From contig NZ_JAVRBY020000016.1 of NCBI RefSeq assembly GCF_034531035.1, positions 34,521 through 98,520 of the forward strand: 64,000 bases of DNA, given 5' to 3'. A program made the translations under genes and the position numbers. Under the pieces are notes generated by a model. It saw only the letters and a program-made list of their open reading frames with translations, ran no database searches and had not been told where the DNA came from. This stretch comes from Nostoc sp. DedQUE02 (GTDB lineage Bacteria > Cyanobacteriota > Cyanobacteriia > Cyanobacteriales > Nostocaceae). Positions 60,947 to 64,000 of this stretch are shown piece by piece (positions within the stretch are counted from its first letter, which is position 1; every line of letters begins with the position of its first letter).

Positions 60947-61366
60947 ATGTCAATAAAAGTGGCAGAATCTGATTTTCAAATATTAGGGTGTTTTCCTGTT
61001 ATTTCTCAGTTGCGCCCGCACCTGGAGCAGGATAATTTTGTAGAACAAGTTCGATATCAAATGAAAGAAGGATATCAACTTGCATTCTTAGAGGTAGAAA
61101 AGCAAGTTGTAGCGATTGCTGGATTTCGTATTTCTCATTGTTTAGCATTGGGAAAGTTTTTATATATTGATGATTTAGTGGTTGATGAGTTGAAACGATC
61201 ACACAGCTATGGTCAACAATTACTTCAGTGGCTAATTGAATATGCCAGAAATCATCAGTGTAAACACCTGAGTCTAGATTCTGGCGTTCAGCGATTTGCA
61301 GCCCACAGATTTTATCTCATGCAGCGTATGAGCATTACAAGTCATCACTTTTCAATGGAGTTGTAG
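60947..61366 (+). CDS. GNAT family N-acetyltransferase
   Basis: FLYIDDLVVDELKRSHSYGQQLLQWL and LSLDSGVQRFAAHRFY. Confidence 0.92.
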   Translation: MSIKVAESDFQILGCFPVISQLRPHLEQDNFVEQVRYQMKEGYQLAFLEVEKQVVAIAGFRISHCLALGKFLYIDDLVVDELKRSHSYGQQLLQWLIEYARNHQCKHLSLDSGVQRFAAHRFYLMQRMSITSHHFSMEL

Positions 61367-61377
61367 CAACAAGCAAT

Positions 61378-62175
61378 TTGGTTGTGACAAATATTTTTTG
61401 GTATGACGGCAAATTAATTCACTCTCAAACCCTAGAATTAAACATTAACGATCCGGGTTTACTTTATGGGGCAACTGTTTTTACAACATTGCGGGTTTAT
61501 GAGAACTCCCTAGACAGTAATTTAACTCATTGGCAAGCACACTGCGATCGCTTACTCTTCTCACTACAATCTTTTGGTTGGCAGCAACCCGATTGGAACC
61601 GTCTGCGTCAAGGCGCTCAAATTCTTCTGGCACACTTCCCCGTTCTCAGAATCACCCTCTTTCCCGATGGACGAGAATGGATAACTGGGAGATCATTACC
61701 ACAAAATTTGACAGAAAAACAAAAGAATGGTATTTCATGCGCTGTTGCCAGTTCAGAATTTTCTCGCTCGCTCCCCTCTCATAAAACTGGAAACTATTTG
61801 AGTGCTTGGTTGGCAAAAACTAGCTCAGATGCTCAAGAAGCAATATTAGTCGATGCTCAAGGAAATTGGCTAGAAACCAGTACAGGCAACCTTTGGGGAT
61901 GGTGCGATCGCACTTGGTACACGCCACCAATAAAGGCCGGAATTTTGCCGGGAATTATGCGATCGCAACTTGTAAACTGGTTGCAAAACCACCAGCAGTC
62001 AGTGCGAGAAGAAACTTGGAGCGTCGAGTTAGTCCAGAGATTTGAAGCGATCGCCTACACTAATAGTGTGGTCGAAATTATTCCCATTCATACAGTTCAT
62101 CTGCCTTCAGGGTCGCTACAATGTAATCCCTACCATCAAAGTTTTCAGCTAATAAGGGAGCTTTTTTTAGTATGA
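61378..62175 (+). CDS. Class IV aminotransferase / 4-amino-4-deoxychorismate lyase-like protein
   Basis: GLLYGATVFTTLR, HCDRL, HKTGNY, LETSTGNLW and GILPGIMR. Confidence 0.9.
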   Translation: MVVTNIFWYDGKLIHSQTLELNINDPGLLYGATVFTTLRVYENSLDSNLTHWQAHCDRLLFSLQSFGWQQPDWNRLRQGAQILLAHFPVLRITLFPDGREWITGRSLPQNLTEKQKNGISCAVASSEFSRSLPSHKTGNYLSAWLAKTSSDAQEAILVDAQGNWLETSTGNLWGWCDRTWYTPPIKAGILPGIMRSQLVNWLQNHQQSVREETWSVELVQRFEAIAYTNSVVEIIPIHTVHLPSGSLQCNPYHQSFQLIRELFLV

Positions 62176-62288
62176 CAACCACACCAAATTTGTTATATCT
62201 TAAGATAAGTTAACATAAATCTTAATAATCACCTTTTCGAGCAGAGAAGCTAGGCGATTGCGCGAAAAATACCGGAGGATAGACCTTA

Positions 62289-64000
62289 GTGAATAAAAGA
62301 TGGAGAAATGCAGGGCTGTACGCGCTGCTGTTTATTGTCGTAATTGCGCTGGGAACAGCATTTTTTGACAAACAACCCCAAAGCAGAGAGACATGGCGAT
62401 ACAGTCGCTTTATTCAAGAAGTTCAGCAAGGCAGAGTAGAAAAAGTCAGTTTGAGTGCAGACCGCTCTACAGCACTGGTTACACCCAAATATGACCCAGC
62501 GAAACGGATTGTTACCTTAGTCAACGATCCAGACTTGATTAATACTCTGACTTCTAAAGGCGTTGATATTTCTGTTTTGCCCCAAACCGACGAAGGATTT
62601 TGGTTTAAGGCACTGAGCAGCTTATTTTTCCCTGTATTGCTTTTGGTTGGCTTATTCTTCTTACTACGTCGCGCTCAAAGTGGCCCAGGTAGCCAAGCAA
62701 TGAACTTTGGCAAATCAAAAGCCAGAGTGCAAATGGAACCACAAACTCAGGTGACATTTGGCGATGTCGCTGGTATTGACCAAGCCAAGTTGGAATTAAA
62801 CGAAGTCGTAGACTTTTTGAAAAACGCCGATCGCTTTACCGCCGTTGGTGCAAAAATTCCTAAAGGTGTGCTGTTAGTTGGCCCTCCTGGTACAGGTAAA
62901 ACCCTCCTAGCTCGTGCTGTAGCTGGTGAAGCAGGTGTACCCTTCTTCTCAATCTCCGGTTCAGAATTTGTGGAAATGTTCGTCGGTGTGGGTGCATCCC
63001 GCGTCCGCGATTTATTTGAACAAGCTAAAACCAATGCTCCTTGTATCGTCTTCATCGATGAAATTGACGCTGTAGGTCGTCAACGGGGTGCAGGTTTAGG
63101 TGGTGGTAACGATGAGCGGGAACAAACCCTCAACCAGTTGCTCACAGAAATGGATGGCTTTGAAGGCAACACTGGCATTATCATTATTGCCGCTACCAAC
63201 CGTCCTGATGTCCTAGATGCAGCCTTATTGCGTCCTGGTCGCTTTGACCGTCAAGTTGTGGTAGACCGTCCCGACTATGCCGGACGCAGCGAAATCCTCA
63301 AGGTTCATGCCCGTGGTAAGACCTTGGCGAAAGATGTGGACTTGGATAAAATCGCTCGTCGTACCCCTGGATTTACTGGCGCAGATTTATCCAACCTGTT
63401 GAATGAAGCCGCAATTCTGGCAGCACGCCGGAATTTGACTGAAATTTCAATGGATGAAATCAACGACGCGATCGATCGCGTATTAGCTGGGCCAGAGAAG
63501 AAAGACCGGGTAATGAGCGAAAAGCGCAAAACCTTGGTAGCTTATCACGAAGCTGGTCACGCTTTAGTTGGTGCTTTGATGCCAGATTATGACCCAGTAC
63601 AAAAAATTAGCATCATCCCTCGCGGTCGTGCAGGTGGTTTAACTTGGTTTACTCCTAGTGAAGACCGCATGGACACAGGTTTGTACAGCCGCGCTTATCT
63701 GGAAAATCAGATGGCTGTGGCTTTGGGTGGTCGGATTGCTGAAGAATTAATCTTTGGTGAAGAAGAAGTTACCACTGGTGCTTCTAATGACCTCCAACAA
63801 GTAGCACGGGTTGCTCGTCAAATGATTACCCGATTTGGCATGAGCGATCGCTTAGGGCCTGTTGCTCTTGGTCGTCAACAAGGTAACATGTTCCTCGGAC
63901 GAGATATCATGTCAGAGCGTGATTTTTCTGAAGAAACTGCTGCCGCTATTGATGAAGAAGTCCGCAAACTTGTAGATGTAGCCTATACACGCGCGAAAGA
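62289..64000 (+). CDS. ftsH: ATP-dependent zinc metalloprotease FtsH (FtsH3-like); its 3' end lies beyond the right edge of the window
   Basis: Manual translation from GTG 62289 gives [14 protein letters not shown], two TMs, [30 protein letters not shown] and AYHEAGH. Absent from the ORF track. Confidence 0.97.
   Translation, partial: MNKRWRNAGLYALLFIVVIALGTAFFDKQPQSRETWRYSRFIQEVQQGRVEKVSLSADRSTALVTPKYDPAKRIVTLVNDPDLINTLTSKGVDISVLPQTDEGFWFKALSSLFFPVLLLVGLFFLLRRAQSGPGSQAMNFGKSKARVQMEPQTQVTFGDVAGIDQAKLELNEVVDFLKNADRFTAVGAKIPKGVLLVGPPGTGKTLLARAVAGEAGVPFFSISGSEFVEMFVGVGASRVRDLFEQAKTNAPCIVFIDEIDAVGRQRGAGLGGGNDEREQTLNQLLTEMDGFEGNTGIIIIAATNRPDVLDAALLRPGRFDRQVVVDRPDYAGRSEILKVHARGKTLAKDVDLDKIARRTPGFTGADLSNLLNEAAILAARRNLTEISMDEINDAIDRVLAGPEKKDRVMSEKRKTLVAYHEAGHALVGALMPDYDPVQKISIIPRGRAGGLTWFTPSEDRMDTGLYSRAYLENQMAVALGGRIAEELIFGEEEVTTGASNDLQQVARVARQMITRFGMSDRLGPVALGRQQGNMFLGRDIMSERDFSEETAAAIDEEVRKLVDVAYTRAK

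Larger units (their letters stand above)
1..64000. repeat. HIP1 octamer GCGATCGC dispersed across the window
   Basis: Dozens of copies seen by eye. They are sparse at 4025-11126 and about 57100-60400. Confidence 0.9.

Overview
This 64-kb segment looks like the chromosome of a heterocyst-forming cyanobacterium (Nostoc-like), judged from abundant HIP1 GCGATCGC sites, STRR heptamers and Nostocales-type genes. Most of it is housekeeping, regulatory or exopolysaccharide genes: sbp (partial), sbcD, cysH, rel, a probable patD, cobU, rnz, a wzc-like gene, wcaF, ackA, ftsH (partial), tRNA-Gln(UUG) and tRNA-Leu(CAA), three histidine kinases and a protealysin-emfourin pair. Many small dispersed repeats and MITE-like elements lie between them, plus one IS630 copy that appears broken. 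The strongest candidate for a novel system is an AT-rich, HIP1-poor three-gene block at 4025-11126. It encodes (1) a DUF4011/SF1-helicase/Vsr-like protein split by one in-frame TAG, (2) a protein with a tandemly duplicated ~97-aa N-terminal module, an EAD-like adaptor and an intact trypsin-like protease, and (3) a tightly linked 370-aa protein of unknown family. This resembles a protease-activated defence or conflict module. A second candidate is a three-gene operon at 57202-59582 whose otherwise dissimilar products share a 'GDI...H' module, one of them membrane-anchored. Family names come from motif recognition only; no database search was run.
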